Shown here piece after piece: positions 43,254 to 53,653 of a stretch of 64,000 bases of DNA. Both the position numbers and the translations under genes were made by a program. The stretch comes from an uncultured Dehalococcoidia bacterium (GTDB taxonomy: Bacteria; Chloroflexota; Dehalococcoidia; UBA6926). The stretch spans positions 213,975 to 277,974 of the forward strand of contig CAZZAN010000002.1 in NCBI GenBank assembly GCA_964653005.1, in the 5' to 3' direction. The notes under the pieces are model-generated. The model was not told where the DNA came from and ran no database searches. It saw only the letters and a program-made list of their open reading frames with translations. Within the stretch, counting starts at the first letter, position 1. Each line of letters opens with the position of its first letter.

Positions 43254-44624
43254 ATGACTGCGGATAATTCAAGCGTGAATACTCTCGGTTCGCCGAATCC
43301 GGGGAATCCGACGCAGCCGGATCCAGACCTGCCGCTGGCGGGGCTGCGAATCATCGACTTCACGGTCGTGTTCGCCGGTCCGTACGGGACGATGCAGTTG
43401 GCGGACTGGGGCGCAGAGGTTATACGGGTCGAGTCGACGACGCATTTTGCGTCCACGACGCGGGGGATGCTGGCGCGTCCGGCATTGGCCACGGTTCAGG
43501 CGCAGACCGGTATGGGCATGGGGATGCCGGACAGCGTACCGGGAGAGCGCCCGTGGAATCGCAGCGCCGTTTTCAACGCGCATGGCCGCAACAAGCTGTC
43601 GATGACCGTGAATCTTCGGACGGAAGAAGGGCAGGAGGCGCTGGAGCGCCTCGTTGCCGTTTCGGACGGGCTGGTTGAGAACAACCTGCCGCAGAGCATG
43701 GAGCGGCAGGGCATCACATGGGAGCGACTCTCCAAGATTAACCCGAAGCTGATCATGATCCGGATGCCGGCGTTCGGGCTGGACGGGCCGTACAAGGGCT
43801 ATCGCACGTGGGGCAACCACATGGAGGCCATCTCAGGGCATCCGCTGATCCGGACGTATCCCGACCTGTCGCCGGAGTATGCGCCGGCGGGCGTGCCGTC
43901 GGACGCGGCGAGCGGCATCGGCTCCACGCTCGCGTTCCTGATGGGCAAGCGGTATCTCAAGCGCACCGGCAAGGGGCTGCTCATCGAGGCGCCGACGGCG
44001 GAGAACTTTGTGCCGCTGCTCGGCGATTTCATCATGGACTACAGCATGAACGGGCGCGTGTGGACGCAGATGGGCAACAACCACTTCTATCTGGCGCCGC
44101 ACAACGTGTATCGGACACAGGGTGAGGACCAGTGGGTGACGATCGCGTGCCAGAACGAGGAGCAGTGGCAGGCGCTATGCAAGAGGATGCATCAGCCGGA
44201 GCTTGTAGATGATCCACGCTTCAAGGACAACGAAGCACGCTTTGAGAACAGGGCGGAGTTGGACGCCATCATCGGGGCATGGACGGCAGACAAGCACGCC
44301 TCATGGGTCATGGATCAACTGCAGATAGTTGGGGTGCCGTCCGGCGCGGTGATGAACGAACGCGACGCCATTGAGGACCGGCACCTGGAGCACCGGGGCT
44401 TCTTCAAGCATATGACGCATCCGGAAGCCGGGACGCACAAGACGCCGATGACTCCGTTCAAGTCGACGAACAACCCCGGGGTGGGGCCTCGCAGACATTC
44501 CCCACGCCTTGGCGAGGACAACGAGTACATCTACAAGTCTGTGTTGGGCTACTCAGACGAGGAGTACGCGGAGTTCGACAAGAAGGGCCACATCGGCATG
44601 GACTACGATCCGTCGATTCCGTGA
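43254..44624 (+). CDS. family III CoA-transferase, type B, copy 2
   Basis: Colinear with 40648-41967 (LAGLRIIDFTVVFAGPYGTMQLADWGAEVIRVES...). Confidence 0.85.
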   Translation: MTADNSSVNTLGSPNPGNPTQPDPDLPLAGLRIIDFTVVFAGPYGTMQLADWGAEVIRVESTTHFASTTRGMLARPALATVQAQTGMGMGMPDSVPGERPWNRSAVFNAHGRNKLSMTVNLRTEEGQEALERLVAVSDGLVENNLPQSMERQGITWERLSKINPKLIMIRMPAFGLDGPYKGYRTWGNHMEAISGHPLIRTYPDLSPEYAPAGVPSDAASGIGSTLAFLMGKRYLKRTGKGLLIEAPTAENFVPLLGDFIMDYSMNGRVWTQMGNNHFYLAPHNVYRTQGEDQWVTIACQNEEQWQALCKRMHQPELVDDPRFKDNEARFENRAELDAIIGAWTADKHASWVMDQLQIVGVPSGAVMNERDAIEDRHLEHRGFFKHMTHPEAGTHKTPMTPFKSTNNPGVGPRRHSPRLGEDNEYIYKSVLGYSDEEYAEFDKKGHIGMDYDPSIP

Positions 44625-44631
44625 CGCGGAA

Positions 44632-45342
44632 CTAAACGCCCAACAAGAGATTTCTTAGTTCAATTACCGAGTTCGCTACGTGGTCCGGTTGCGCGCCTCG
44701 CAGTTCCTCGTTGTTGCCGAAGCCGTAGGTGACGGCGATTGAGGCGATTCCGTTGGCCTTTGCGCCCAGGATATCGAGGGCGTGGTCGCCGACCATGACG
44801 ATGCGGGGGGCGTCCTCACCCTGAACCTCTCCCGGGGGGAGATGGGCGAGGCTGAGGGCGGAGAGCGCGGCGGCGACGAGTTCAGGTTTACGTATCATCG
44901 TGCCCTCGCGGTCGCTGCCGATGACGGCTTCGAGGAACGGCATGAAGTCGGCGTTGAGGGCGATCTCACGGGCAAAGACCTCGTCCTTGGTCGTGGCGAT
45001 GGCCATCCGGACGCCGCTGGCTCGCAGGAGCCACAGCATCTCCGGCACGCCCTCGTAGATATCAAAGCCCTTGATGCCCTCTTCGGCAAAGTAGTCTTTG
45101 TAGACGGCGACCGCGCGTTCGGCATCCACCTCGTTCATACCGGCGATGGTCTGAAACGAATCGATGAGCGGCGGGCCGATGAATCGGGAGAGCAACTCTT
45201 GGTCGACTGTAGCAACTCCCATCTCCTTGAGGGTGTGGACGACGGAGGAATGGATGCCGATGCGGGAATCGATGAGGGTGCCGTCGAGATCAAAGATGAC
45301 GACGTCGTAGTTGGCGCTGGCGGTGGATGTGCTTCTTGTCAT
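44632..45342 (-). CDS. HAD-family hydrolase (phosphoglycolate phosphatase-like)
   Basis: VIFDLDGTLIDS, ATTK, VMVGDHALDILGA. Confidence 0.8.
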   Translation of the reverse strand: MTRSTSTASANYDVVIFDLDGTLIDSRIGIHSSVVHTLKEMGVATVDQELLSRFIGPPLIDSFQTIAGMNEVDAERAVAVYKDYFAEEGIKGFDIYEGVPEMLWLLRASGVRMAIATTKDEVFAREIALNADFMPFLEAVIGSDREGTMIRKPELVAAALSALSLAHLPPGEVQGEDAPRIVMVGDHALDILGAKANGIASIAVTYGFGNNEELRGAQPDHVANSVIELRNLLLGV

Positions 45343-45698
45343 TTTCGGAACGAGGAACCCATCAGGCCGCCAAGTAGCGACATACCGAATACATAGATGG
45401 CCGCAAACAGGGCGACGAGCATGAGCACCCCGACGCCGAAGTCTCTCTCTTCGTCGCCGACGTTGGCCGCGACCGTGAGGCCGATGGCGGTGAAAGCCGT
45501 GATGGTTACGGTCAGGACAACCGTCATCACTGCCGCCATACCCGCGATGGTTGCGAGCGACGGCCTGCGGCCGGGCAGCTGCATCCCACCCACGAAGCCG
45601 CCGATGGCAGGGCTGAGCGGCCCGGTGATGAAGTGGATGATCGGCGGGAGAAAGCAGAGGAGCGCGACGCCGACCCCGATAAAGGCTGCGCGTGACAT
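45339..45698 (-). CDS. hypothetical membrane protein
   Basis: 119-aa ORF with about 4 hydrophobic segments. 4-nt overlap with the downstream HAD gene. Confidence 0.5.
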   Translation of the reverse strand: MSRAAFIGVGVALLCFLPPIIHFITGPLSPAIGGFVGGMQLPGRRPSLATIAGMAAVMTVVLTVTITAFTAIGLTVAANVGDEERDFGVGVLMLVALFAAIYVFGMSLLGGLMGSSFRK

Positions 45699-45770
45699 GT
45701 CCCCTTGATTGTAGCGGGCATAATATCAGCCTTGTCTCAAGCCGCCGCCCAACCCTAGACTGAAAACGAC

Positions 45771-46604
45771 ATGGACATGACCCAATTCGCCGAACTCTTT
45801 CCCGTCCCTCGCCCTTTGATCGGGATGGTGCATCTTGCGCCTCTGCCTGGAACGCCGCGGTGGGCGGGCAACATCGATGACGTCATCAAGCGGGCGATGG
45901 ACGACGCGAGGATTTTGGCCGAAGAGGGAATCGACGGCATTATCGTGGAGAACTTTGGCGATTCGCCATATCCGGCGGGGCGCGTCCACCCCGCCACGAT
46001 TTCGGCTATGACCATCGGTGTTTTGGCCGTTCACGGCGTGGTGCGCGAGGTTGACCAGGAGTCGCGCATCCGCGTGGGCATCAACGTGCTGCGGGCCGAC
46101 GTGATTGCCGCGCTGTCGATTGCGGCGTCGACGGGCGCGGCATTCGTTCGCACCAACGTCCTGACGGGCGCGCTGGTGACGGACCAGGGAATCATTGAAG
46201 GCACTGCGTACGAGGCTTTGAGAGAGCGCAGGCTCCTCGGCATCGGTACGCCAATCTTTGCCGACGTGATGAGCAAGCACGCCTACCCCGTTGGCGCGGG
46301 CGTGGTCATGGAGCTGGAGGCGCGGTCGACGGCGTATCGCGGGCTGGCAGACGCGCTGATTGTGACGGGCGATGAGACGGGCGCAGCCACGTCCGCGGAT
46401 GATCTACGGCGAGCTCGCGCGGCGGTGCCGGACAGGCCGATCCTTATCGGCAGTGGTCTTGACGCTGGGAATGCGGGCGAACTGCTGCCTCTCTCGGACG
46501 GGGCGATTCTCGGAACGGCGCTCAAGGTGGACGGCGTCACAGAAGCGCCAGTTGACCGTGACCGCGTGCGGGAGATGGTCGGACTGGCGCGGACGCTTCA
46601 GTAA
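45771..46604 (+). CDS. BtpA/SgcQ-family TIM-barrel protein
   Basis: LIGMVHLAPLPGTPRW...IIVENFGDSPY...NVLR, characteristic of the BtpA family. Confidence 0.75.
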   Translation: MDMTQFAELFPVPRPLIGMVHLAPLPGTPRWAGNIDDVIKRAMDDARILAEEGIDGIIVENFGDSPYPAGRVHPATISAMTIGVLAVHGVVREVDQESRIRVGINVLRADVIAALSIAASTGAAFVRTNVLTGALVTDQGIIEGTAYEALRERRLLGIGTPIFADVMSKHAYPVGAGVVMELEARSTAYRGLADALIVTGDETGAATSADDLRRARAAVPDRPILIGSGLDAGNAGELLPLSDGAILGTALKVDGVTEAPVDRDRVREMVGLARTLQ

Positions 46605-46691
46605 CCGACGCTGCCTGCCCGTTCCGCGCCAATCGGCGCGTCTATACTGTTTATGACGGCGCCAGAAGCGCCGTTTATGCAGGCTTTTGTG

Positions 46692-47804
46692 ATGACTACT
46701 CAATCAAACGGCAATTCACCGCTGGGAAATCCGGCTATCATCGGTCCGCTTGAGACCCTTGAAAACAGGTTCGAGGAACTCGAGGCCGAGATGGCCCAGC
46801 CGGACGTGGCCGCCGACTACAAGAAACTGGAAGGCTTGTCACGCCAACGGGCGTCAATCGAGCCGACCGTCCAGGCATTTCATCGTTACAGGAAGGTCCT
46901 CGACGATCTGCAACAGGCGCGCGAGGTGCTGGCGTCCGGCGATAAGGATATGGCCGAGCTTGCCGCCGCCGAGGCTGAGGAGCTGGCGGCGACGGCGCAG
47001 GACCTTGAACATGAACTTCGCCTTGCGTTGACGCCGCGCGACCCGCTTGATGACCGCGACATCATCGTGGAGATCCGCGCCGGGGCCGGCGGTGATGAGG
47101 CGGCGCTTTTCGCGGGAGATCTCTTCCGCATGTACACGCGGTATGCTCAGTCGCGCGGATGGTCGACGGACCTGATGAACACAAACGAGACGGGCGGCGG
47201 GGGTCTCAAGGAGGTCACGTTCGGCGTGCAGGGCGCGTCGGCGTACGCGTGGCTCAAGCATGAGTCCGGTGTGCATCGTGTCCAGCGTGTGCCGGAGACG
47301 GAATCACAGGGGCGTATTCACACCTCAACTGCCACGGTGGCTGTGCTGCCGGTGGCAGAAGAGGTGGACGTTGACCTCAATATGAACGACGTACGGGTGG
47401 ATGTGTTCCATGCGGGCGGCGCGGGCGGCCAGAATGTGAACAAAGTAGCGACGGCCATACGGATGACGCACGCGCCGACGGGCATCGTCGTAACGTGCCA
47501 GGATGAACGTTCTCAGCTACAAAATCGTACGAAGGCCATAGCGATTCTACGGGCGCGCCTGCTGGAAATCGAAACGCAGAAGCAGGAGCAGGAACTGGCG
47601 AGCACGAGGCGATCGCAGGTGGGGACCGGGGATAGGTCGGAGAAGATCCGCACGTACAACTTCCCGCAGAACCGCGTGACGGATCACCGCATCGGTTTGA
47701 CGCTTCATTCACTTGAGAGGCTGACCGACGGCGAGCTTGATCCACTGCTGGATGCGCTGCGCGAGGCGGAGCAGGAACGGCTGCTGGCCGAATCCGTCTC
47801 TTGA
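46692..47804 (+). CDS. prfA: peptide chain release factor 1
   Basis: PET tripeptide (VQRVPETESQGRIHTS) and GGQ motif (HAGGAGGQNVNKV). Start uncertain (46653, 46677 or 46692). Confidence 0.9.
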   Translation: MTTQSNGNSPLGNPAIIGPLETLENRFEELEAEMAQPDVAADYKKLEGLSRQRASIEPTVQAFHRYRKVLDDLQQAREVLASGDKDMAELAAAEAEELAATAQDLEHELRLALTPRDPLDDRDIIVEIRAGAGGDEAALFAGDLFRMYTRYAQSRGWSTDLMNTNETGGGGLKEVTFGVQGASAYAWLKHESGVHRVQRVPETESQGRIHTSTATVAVLPVAEEVDVDLNMNDVRVDVFHAGGAGGQNVNKVATAIRMTHAPTGIVVTCQDERSQLQNRTKAIAILRARLLEIETQKQEQELASTRRSQVGTGDRSEKIRTYNFPQNRVTDHRIGLTLHSLERLTDGELDPLLDALREAEQERLLAESVS

Positions 47805-48682
47805 GTCCAACCCCTGCCCGCGCTCTGCTCACCGAAGCTCGCGCCCTACTGCAGGCGGCAGGAGTTGATTCTGCGGCGCTTGAAGCACGGCTACTATTGG
47901 CCCACGCACTTAATGCGGTGCCGGAATCGCTGCTTGCCGAGCCAGAGCAGGCGGTCTCAGAAGACCAAGAGGCACGGTTCCGTGAGGCGCTCGGACGGCG
48001 GCTGAAGCGTGAGCCGCTCTTCTACATCACCGGCGAGCGTGAGTTCTATGGACTGGCCTTCTACGTGGACGCGCGGGCGCTGATACCACGACCGGAGACC
48101 GAGCTACTAGTGGAAGAGGCTATCGCGGCAGTTGCGGACATGGGAGAGGAACACGAAAACGGCGCGGGGCTGCTGATCGCTGATATCGGCACCGGTTCCG
48201 GCTGCATCGTTGTGGCGACGGCGACTGTGCTTACGAAGGCGCGATTCATGGCATCAGATATCTCGGCAGAGGCGGTGGAGGTTGCGCAGGCCAACGCTGA
48301 GCGACACGGCGTGGCGGATCGGATCATGTTCGCCGTTGGCGATCTGCTTGAGCCGCTGCCCGGGCCGGTGGACATCATCATCGCCAACCCACCGTACATC
48401 CCGGCGGAGAACCTTGCTGAACTGCAAGCGGAGATACGCGATCACGAGCCGCGCGTTGCCGTGGATGGCGGCGCGGGCGGTATGACAATCGCGGAAAGGC
48501 TGGTTCGCGGCGCTCCCAACTATCTGAAACCCGGCGGGCGGCTGCTGATGGAAGTCGGGTACGGGCAGGCGCCGTTGATGGTGGACGTTGCCAAAGAGGT
48601 TTTCCCATCACGCACAGAGGTGGATATGGCGCTTGACCTGGCGGGGATACCGCGCGTCGTGCGGGTCCAGTTGTCCAGGTGA
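47801..48682 (+). CDS. prmC: release factor glutamine N5-methyltransferase
   Basis: DIGTGSGCI SAM motif and IIANPPYIP. 4-nt overlap with prfA. Confidence 0.9.
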   Translation: MSPTPARALLTEARALLQAAGVDSAALEARLLLAHALNAVPESLLAEPEQAVSEDQEARFREALGRRLKREPLFYITGEREFYGLAFYVDARALIPRPETELLVEEAIAAVADMGEEHENGAGLLIADIGTGSGCIVVATATVLTKARFMASDISAEAVEVAQANAERHGVADRIMFAVGDLLEPLPGPVDIIIANPPYIPAENLAELQAEIRDHEPRVAVDGGAGGMTIAERLVRGAPNYLKPGGRLLMEVGYGQAPLMVDVAKEVFPSRTEVDMALDLAGIPRVVRVQLSR

Positions 48683-48686
48683 CCCT

Positions 48687-48720
48687 CCCGTTCACCCTTC
48701 GACAGGCTCAGGACGAACGG
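48687..48720. repeat. hairpin repeat family A
   Basis: cccgttcacccttcgacaggctcaggacgaacgg. Confidence 0.75.
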
Positions 48721-48810
48721 AGGAGACTTGTAGCCCCTCATTGACCAATAGGCTACACTTATTTCCCCACCACGCGGAGTAAATGCGCGGAACATACTCT
48801 CAGACAGGAA

Positions 48811-49293
48811 GTGACTGCGGAAATGACATTGACGGAAGCGACCATCTCCGGTGTACAGGCTCAATTCAACACGGTGCTGAACGATCTGCGGCAGGCGCTG
48901 GACGGGCTGGAGGGTGAGGCCCTGAATTGGCGTCCGGTCGGCGATGAGAGCAGTTCGATCTACATGCTCGTTTCACACATGATGGGCATGGCAGGCGGGA
49001 TGTGCGCTGTTGCGCGGGGCGAGGAGCCGCAGCGTGACCGGGCAGCGGAGTTCGCCGCAGCCGGAACAAAGTCAGAGGACCTTCTCAAGTTGATTGACGA
49101 GACGCAGGCGAAGGTTGAGCAGGCGCTCTCAACGACAACGGAGGAGATGCTGACCAGCAAGCGCACCTTTGTCGGGAATGAGTCGACGGGAGCGGGGATG
49201 CTGGCGGTGATGGTTCGGCACCTCGGGGAGCACCTGGGGCACGTGGCGCTCACACGGCAGCTGTGGGAGCAGTTGGAGGCGGCGAGCGGTTAG
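48811..49293 (+). CDS. DinB-like four-helix-bundle protein
   Basis: 160 aa, with His-containing helices (HMMGMAG, RHLGEHLGH) as in the DinB_2 family. Start is GTG 48811 or ATG 48823. Confidence 0.55.
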   Translation: MTAEMTLTEATISGVQAQFNTVLNDLRQALDGLEGEALNWRPVGDESSSIYMLVSHMMGMAGGMCAVARGEEPQRDRAAEFAAAGTKSEDLLKLIDETQAKVEQALSTTTEEMLTSKRTFVGNESTGAGMLAVMVRHLGEHLGHVALTRQLWEQLEAASG

Positions 49294-50546
49294 ATTTGGC
49301 GGAGGCGCGGGGTTGTCATCGTGAGGATGATGACGAAGACGACCAGCATGAGGCCGTTGAAGACGATGGCGAATTGCGGGCTTGTGAAATCGGAAAGCGA
49401 GCCCACCTCCAGGTGGCCGACGGGACCCGCTCCCACACCCATGACCCAGATACCCATCGCCCTGCCCCTCTGATCACTGCCGACGGCGAGTTGAAGAGCA
49501 GCCTGCTGGAACAGGTCGAATATCGAGGCCATCGCTCCTGCCACACCGAGGAAGAACAGCGCAGTGACGAGCCACGGCTGCGTACCAAATGCGGCGAGGC
49601 TGAGGCCGAACAGGGCGCTCGCTACAAGCAGCGTCTTGCCCTTGGGTAGGCGGTCGCCGATGGAGGCGAGACCAACGACTCCGATAACAGAGCCGACTGC
49701 GCGAGCGGCGACCATGATGCCGAATCCCTCCGGGCCAATCTCCAGAATGTCACGGGCGAAGATGGAAATCATGACGATGTGGGAGAAGGCGAATATCTCC
49801 GTCGCGACGGACAGGATCAACAGGGCGCGGACGGATCGGTTCCGGCCGACAAGCACGAGTGCCTCGGTGAAGGACTGTCGCACGGATGGCTGCTCAGGAG
49901 TGCCGAACCCGGGCCGGGATGACGTGCGGGTGAAGAGCAGGATGGTCAGCGCCGTCGCGTAGCCTGCCGCCATGACAAGGAACGTGCCGCCAATACCAAG
50001 GACGGCGAGGAGCACCCCACCCAAGAGTCCGCCAAAGACGCCCATCAGACGCTGGGCGGTCTGGTTGAGGGCCAAGCCGTTGACGACATAGCGGCTGCCG
50101 ACGATGTCATGGACGTAGGCCTGCAGCGTTGGCATGAGAAAGGCGTTGACGGTTCCGTAGAGGAATGCGGCGACGATGGCGATGGGGACGCTGAGCATCC
50201 CGTTCAGTTCCAGCGCGCCAAGGATGACGCTGAGCACAATGTTGCAGGTGACGATGACACGGAGGAGGATACGTCGTTCGAGCCGATCCGCGAGAGTGCC
50301 GGCGACGAGGCCGAAGAGGAGGAACGGGGCGAGGCGGGCAGCCTCCGCGACGCCAACCAGGAACGCGGAGTCTGAGATCTCGAGCACCAGCCACCCGAGG
50401 GTGAGCTGCTGCATCCAGAAGCCCATGGACATCGCCATGGTTGCGCCCCACAGGACTCTGAAATCCCGGAATTGAAGTGTTCGGAGCGGCCCCGCAAGCA
50501 GGGGGTGAACGGATGACCCTGAGGGCCCGTCAGTAGGAGCTGCCAT
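49290..50546 (-). CDS. MFS transporter
   Basis: About 12 TM segments, with an MFS-like loop motif (GTLADRLERRILL). Confidence 0.75.
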   Translation of the reverse strand: MAAPTDGPSGSSVHPLLAGPLRTLQFRDFRVLWGATMAMSMGFWMQQLTLGWLVLEISDSAFLVGVAEAARLAPFLLFGLVAGTLADRLERRILLRVIVTCNIVLSVILGALELNGMLSVPIAIVAAFLYGTVNAFLMPTLQAYVHDIVGSRYVVNGLALNQTAQRLMGVFGGLLGGVLLAVLGIGGTFLVMAAGYATALTILLFTRTSSRPGFGTPEQPSVRQSFTEALVLVGRNRSVRALLILSVATEIFAFSHIVMISIFARDILEIGPEGFGIMVAARAVGSVIGVVGLASIGDRLPKGKTLLVASALFGLSLAAFGTQPWLVTALFFLGVAGAMASIFDLFQQAALQLAVGSDQRGRAMGIWVMGVGAGPVGHLEVGSLSDFTSPQFAIVFNGLMLVVFVIILTMTTPRLRQI

Positions 50547-50554
50547 GGCGCACG

Positions 50555-51598
50555 TTAAGCGCCTGCAGTAGTGGTTTCGTTGGCACCGTCAAACACGGTT
50601 CCCGGACCGACTTCCGCGCCATCCGGCATGATGGCGTTTTGGGCAATAATTGCACCGCGCACAGTCGCGCCTGTGTTGATACGCGCGCCGGCAAGGATGA
50701 CGCTGTCTTCCACAAGCGCTGAGTCGCCGATAACGACACCATCGCCAAGCACGACAGGGCCGATGACGCGGGAATTCGCGCCGACGGACACGCCGTCGCC
50801 GCAACTGATCGGGCCTTCCATGTGAGCGGATTCGTGAATTGTGGGGGCGGTTGCGGGTTCAGCGAGTGGGCGTCGCGTTGGGGCGGCTCCCGTTAGGACA
50901 TCACGATTGAGTTGCAAAAAACTCTCCGGCGTGCCCATGTCCATGAAGTAGCCGTCCCAAGGGAACGTGCCGATCTCAACGCCAGACATGAGAGCAGTGG
51001 GAAACAGGTCTTTCTCAAACATGGAGAAGCCGTTACCGATGAAATTGAACATCTCCGGCTCCAGCGCATAGACGCCGCTGTTGACGGTGTGGGCGGGGAA
51101 ACGGGGAGCGGGCGGCTTTTCAACGAAGCGATTGACATAGCCAATGCCGTCAATGACGACGACGCCGTAGCGCGAGGGGTCATCAACGGTATGGACGGCA
51201 AGCGTGGCATACTCCCGACGCTCCACGTGCTGCTCCACCATGGCGGCGATGTCGATCTCCGTTACACAGTCGCCATTGAGGACGAGAAAGGTCTCCTTGA
51301 GTTCCGGCAGGAGAGCGCGGACCGCGCCGGACGTACCGAGTGGTTTATCTTCAACAACGTAGTCGATCATCAGGCCATAGGCGCTGCCGTCACCGAAACT
51401 TTCAATCAGCGGTTCGGCGCGATACCCGAGCGCCATGATGACGCGCGTGACGCCCGCTTCCCTGAGGTGGTCGAGCATGTACTCAAAGAAGGGACGGTTG
51501 GCGACGGGGAGAACGGGCTTGGGGAGGTCATTGGTGAGGGGGCGTAGGCGCGTGCCCTCGCCGCCTGCAAGAACGACTGCGGTAAGGCCGCTCAGCAT
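50555..51598 (-). CDS. NDP-sugar pyrophosphorylase with C-terminal left-handed beta-helix
   Basis: VVLAGGEGTRLRPLTNDLPKPVLPV. C-terminal hexapeptide repeats. Confidence 0.85.
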   Translation of the reverse strand: MLSGLTAVVLAGGEGTRLRPLTNDLPKPVLPVANRPFFEYMLDHLREAGVTRVIMALGYRAEPLIESFGDGSAYGLMIDYVVEDKPLGTSGAVRALLPELKETFLVLNGDCVTEIDIAAMVEQHVERREYATLAVHTVDDPSRYGVVVIDGIGYVNRFVEKPPAPRFPAHTVNSGVYALEPEMFNFIGNGFSMFEKDLFPTALMSGVEIGTFPWDGYFMDMGTPESFLQLNRDVLTGAAPTRRPLAEPATAPTIHESAHMEGPISCGDGVSVGANSRVIGPVVLGDGVVIGDSALVEDSVILAGARINTGATVRGAIIAQNAIMPDGAEVGPGTVFDGANETTTAGA

Positions 51599-51604
51599 TT
51601 TTTT

Positions 51605-51738
51605 CCCGGTTCGCGATCAACGTTCATTGACCGATGACCTTCGCATTGCGCCTTCCGGCCAGTCTTGCCGTTCCAATTCTTCTCTCGGTTCGCGGTCAAG
51701 GTTGCACTGCTTATGGAATTAGCCTTCCGCGTTCCGGC
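51605..51738. repeat. short-word repeat family E cluster
   Basis: cccggttcgcg (51605), ctcggttcgcg (51684), ccgcgttccggc (51727). Confidence 0.6.
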
Positions 51739-51768
51739 GTAGGTTGCAGCCTGTGCAGGCCACGCGAT

Positions 51769-51795
51769 GGATTCCGGCCTTCGCCGGAATGACGG
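51769..51795. repeat. hairpin repeat family C
   Basis: ggattccggccttcgccggaatgacgg. Confidence 0.8.
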
Positions 51796-51811
51796 TTGAC
51801 GTCCACGGTGA

Positions 51812-53077
51812 TTAGTCTTCAGGATCGGGGAGGCCGGCTTCCTTGCGGAGAGTATCGGCCTTATCCGTGCGCTCCCAGGGGACTTCAATGTGAGTTCCGT
51901 CGGTACGATTGATGTGGTTCCGCCCGAAGTGGCCATACGCCGCAACCCGACGATATCGGGGCCGTCGCCCGGCATCCCTGCTCATGAGATCCAGTTGGGT
52001 GATGATTGCGCCCGGAGTCATGTCGAAGTTCTCGCGGACAAGTTCCTCAATCCTGTCATTGGGGATTGTTCCGGTGCCAAATGTCTCAATGGACACGGAC
52101 GCCGGTTCGCGCCGTCCGATGACGTAAGCGAGTTGGATCTCACAACGCTCCGCGAGTCCGGCCGCGACCACGTTCTTGGCTACATAGCGAGCGTAGTACG
52201 CGCCGGAGCGGTCGACCTTCGTTGGGTCCTTTCCGGAGAAAGCGCCGCCGCCATGCTTGTAGCCTGCGCCGTAGGTGTCCACGAGAATCTTGCGGCCAGT
52301 GAGCCCCGCGTCCGCCATGGGCCCGCCAATCACAAAACGACCGGAGGAGTTGATGTGGAGCTTCGTGTCCCTGTCCATCAGGTCGTGCGGCACGACTTCC
52401 CGAATGACCAACTCATTGAGGTCGCGTCGAAGCGCTTCATTGCTAACTTCCGGGTCATGCTGGGCGGCCAGTGTGATGCTGTCGATGCGTCGAACCTTGC
52501 CGTCTTCGTATTCGACGGTGACCTGGGATTTTCCGTCAGGCCTGAGATACGGGAGTTGGCCGTTCTTGCGGACTTCGGCCAGCTTCTCCGCCAGTCTGTG
52601 TGACAGATAGATGGGCAAAGGCATGAAGATGTTGTTCGTTCCGAGGGCATCTTCGGTCTCACGGCAGGCATAACCCACCATCGACCCCTGGTCTCCCGCT
52701 CCGAGGTTCGCAATGGCATCTGCAGCTCCCTCGCCGCGAATTTCCTCGGCTTCATCCACGCCACTCTTGATGTCCGGCGACTGCTCGTTGATAGAGACGA
52801 TGACCCCGCAGGTATTGGCGTCAAATCCGTAATCGGAATTGGTATAACCCACTTCCCTGACGGTATTCCGAACGATGGCCTGGATATCGACATACGAACT
52901 CGTGGTTATCTCGCCAGTCACAAAGACAAGGCCCCTGGTGACGAGGGTTTCACACGCGACGCGAGCGGTGGGATCATCCGCAAAGATTGCGTCAAGTACC
53001 GCGTCGGAGATTTGGTCACACAGTTTATCCGGGTGACCCTCAGTCACTGATTCGCTCGTTTGCAGGAACGTGGTCAT
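51812..53077 (-). CDS. metK: S-adenosylmethionine synthase
   Basis: [33 protein letters not shown]-like [25 protein letters not shown]. Confidence 0.95.
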   Translation of the reverse strand: MTTFLQTSESVTEGHPDKLCDQISDAVLDAIFADDPTARVACETLVTRGLVFVTGEITTSSYVDIQAIVRNTVREVGYTNSDYGFDANTCGVIVSINEQSPDIKSGVDEAEEIRGEGAADAIANLGAGDQGSMVGYACRETEDALGTNNIFMPLPIYLSHRLAEKLAEVRKNGQLPYLRPDGKSQVTVEYEDGKVRRIDSITLAAQHDPEVSNEALRRDLNELVIREVVPHDLMDRDTKLHINSSGRFVIGGPMADAGLTGRKILVDTYGAGYKHGGGAFSGKDPTKVDRSGAYYARYVAKNVVAAGLAERCEIQLAYVIGRREPASVSIETFGTGTIPNDRIEELVRENFDMTPGAIITQLDLMSRDAGRRPRYRRVAAYGHFGRNHINRTDGTHIEVPWERTDKADTLRKEAGLPDPED

Positions 53078-53080
53078 CTA

Positions 53081-53653
53081 TCAGTTTCCTCCCTGGGCCT
53101 TGCCCTGCCTGTCGCCGTTCGGCTCGGTGGTCAGCGGAAGCAGGCCGTATTCCTGCTCCTGTTTGGGTGTGAGGAGCAGGAGAGTGGCCTCCGCGTTGGC
53201 AATCTTCTCATTTTCGAGGGTTGTAACACGTGCTTCTATGGTAAGCATGCGCCGTGTGTCTTTCACAAGGGCTGCGGTCACGCGCAGCGGTATATCAAGC
53301 GGCGCGGCGCGGCTGTAACGGACGTTGAGCCGCGCCGTGGCAGCGTGTTGGCCGCGCGCATATGCGACGTAGGCAGCCGCCTCATCCAGCAGCGTGGCGA
53401 CGATGCCGCCATGCAGAACGTTCGGCCATCCTTGATACCGTTCCTGCGGAACGTAGAGAGCAGTGACGGTGCCATCGTCAAGCGCCTCAAACTCAAGATT
53501 GAGGCCGGATTCATTCGCGGCGCCGCATGCAAAGCAGTGACCGTATCGCTCCTGCTCCTCAAGAGACGCCGTCGCACGGATCGACACTGCTCCAGTCTTG
53601 CCCGCTGTGTTGGGCGGGGTTGTCGTCGGTTGATTCAGGTGCCCATCTCCCAA
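53081..53653 (-). CDS. PaaI/hotdog-fold thioesterase
   Basis: CFACGAANESGLNLEF...GWPNVLHGGIVATLLDEA, typical of PaaI-like thioesterases. Confidence 0.7.
   Translation of the reverse strand: MGDGHLNQPTTTPPNTAGKTGAVSIRATASLEEQERYGHCFACGAANESGLNLEFEALDDGTVTALYVPQERYQGWPNVLHGGIVATLLDEAAAYVAYARGQHAATARLNVRYSRAAPLDIPLRVTAALVKDTRRMLTIEARVTTLENEKIANAEATLLLLTPKQEQEYGLLPLTTEPNGDRQGKAQGGN

Noticed and set aside
42406-43272. 288-aa minus-strand ORF
   Set aside because: Antisense shadow of the third CoA-transferase gene.
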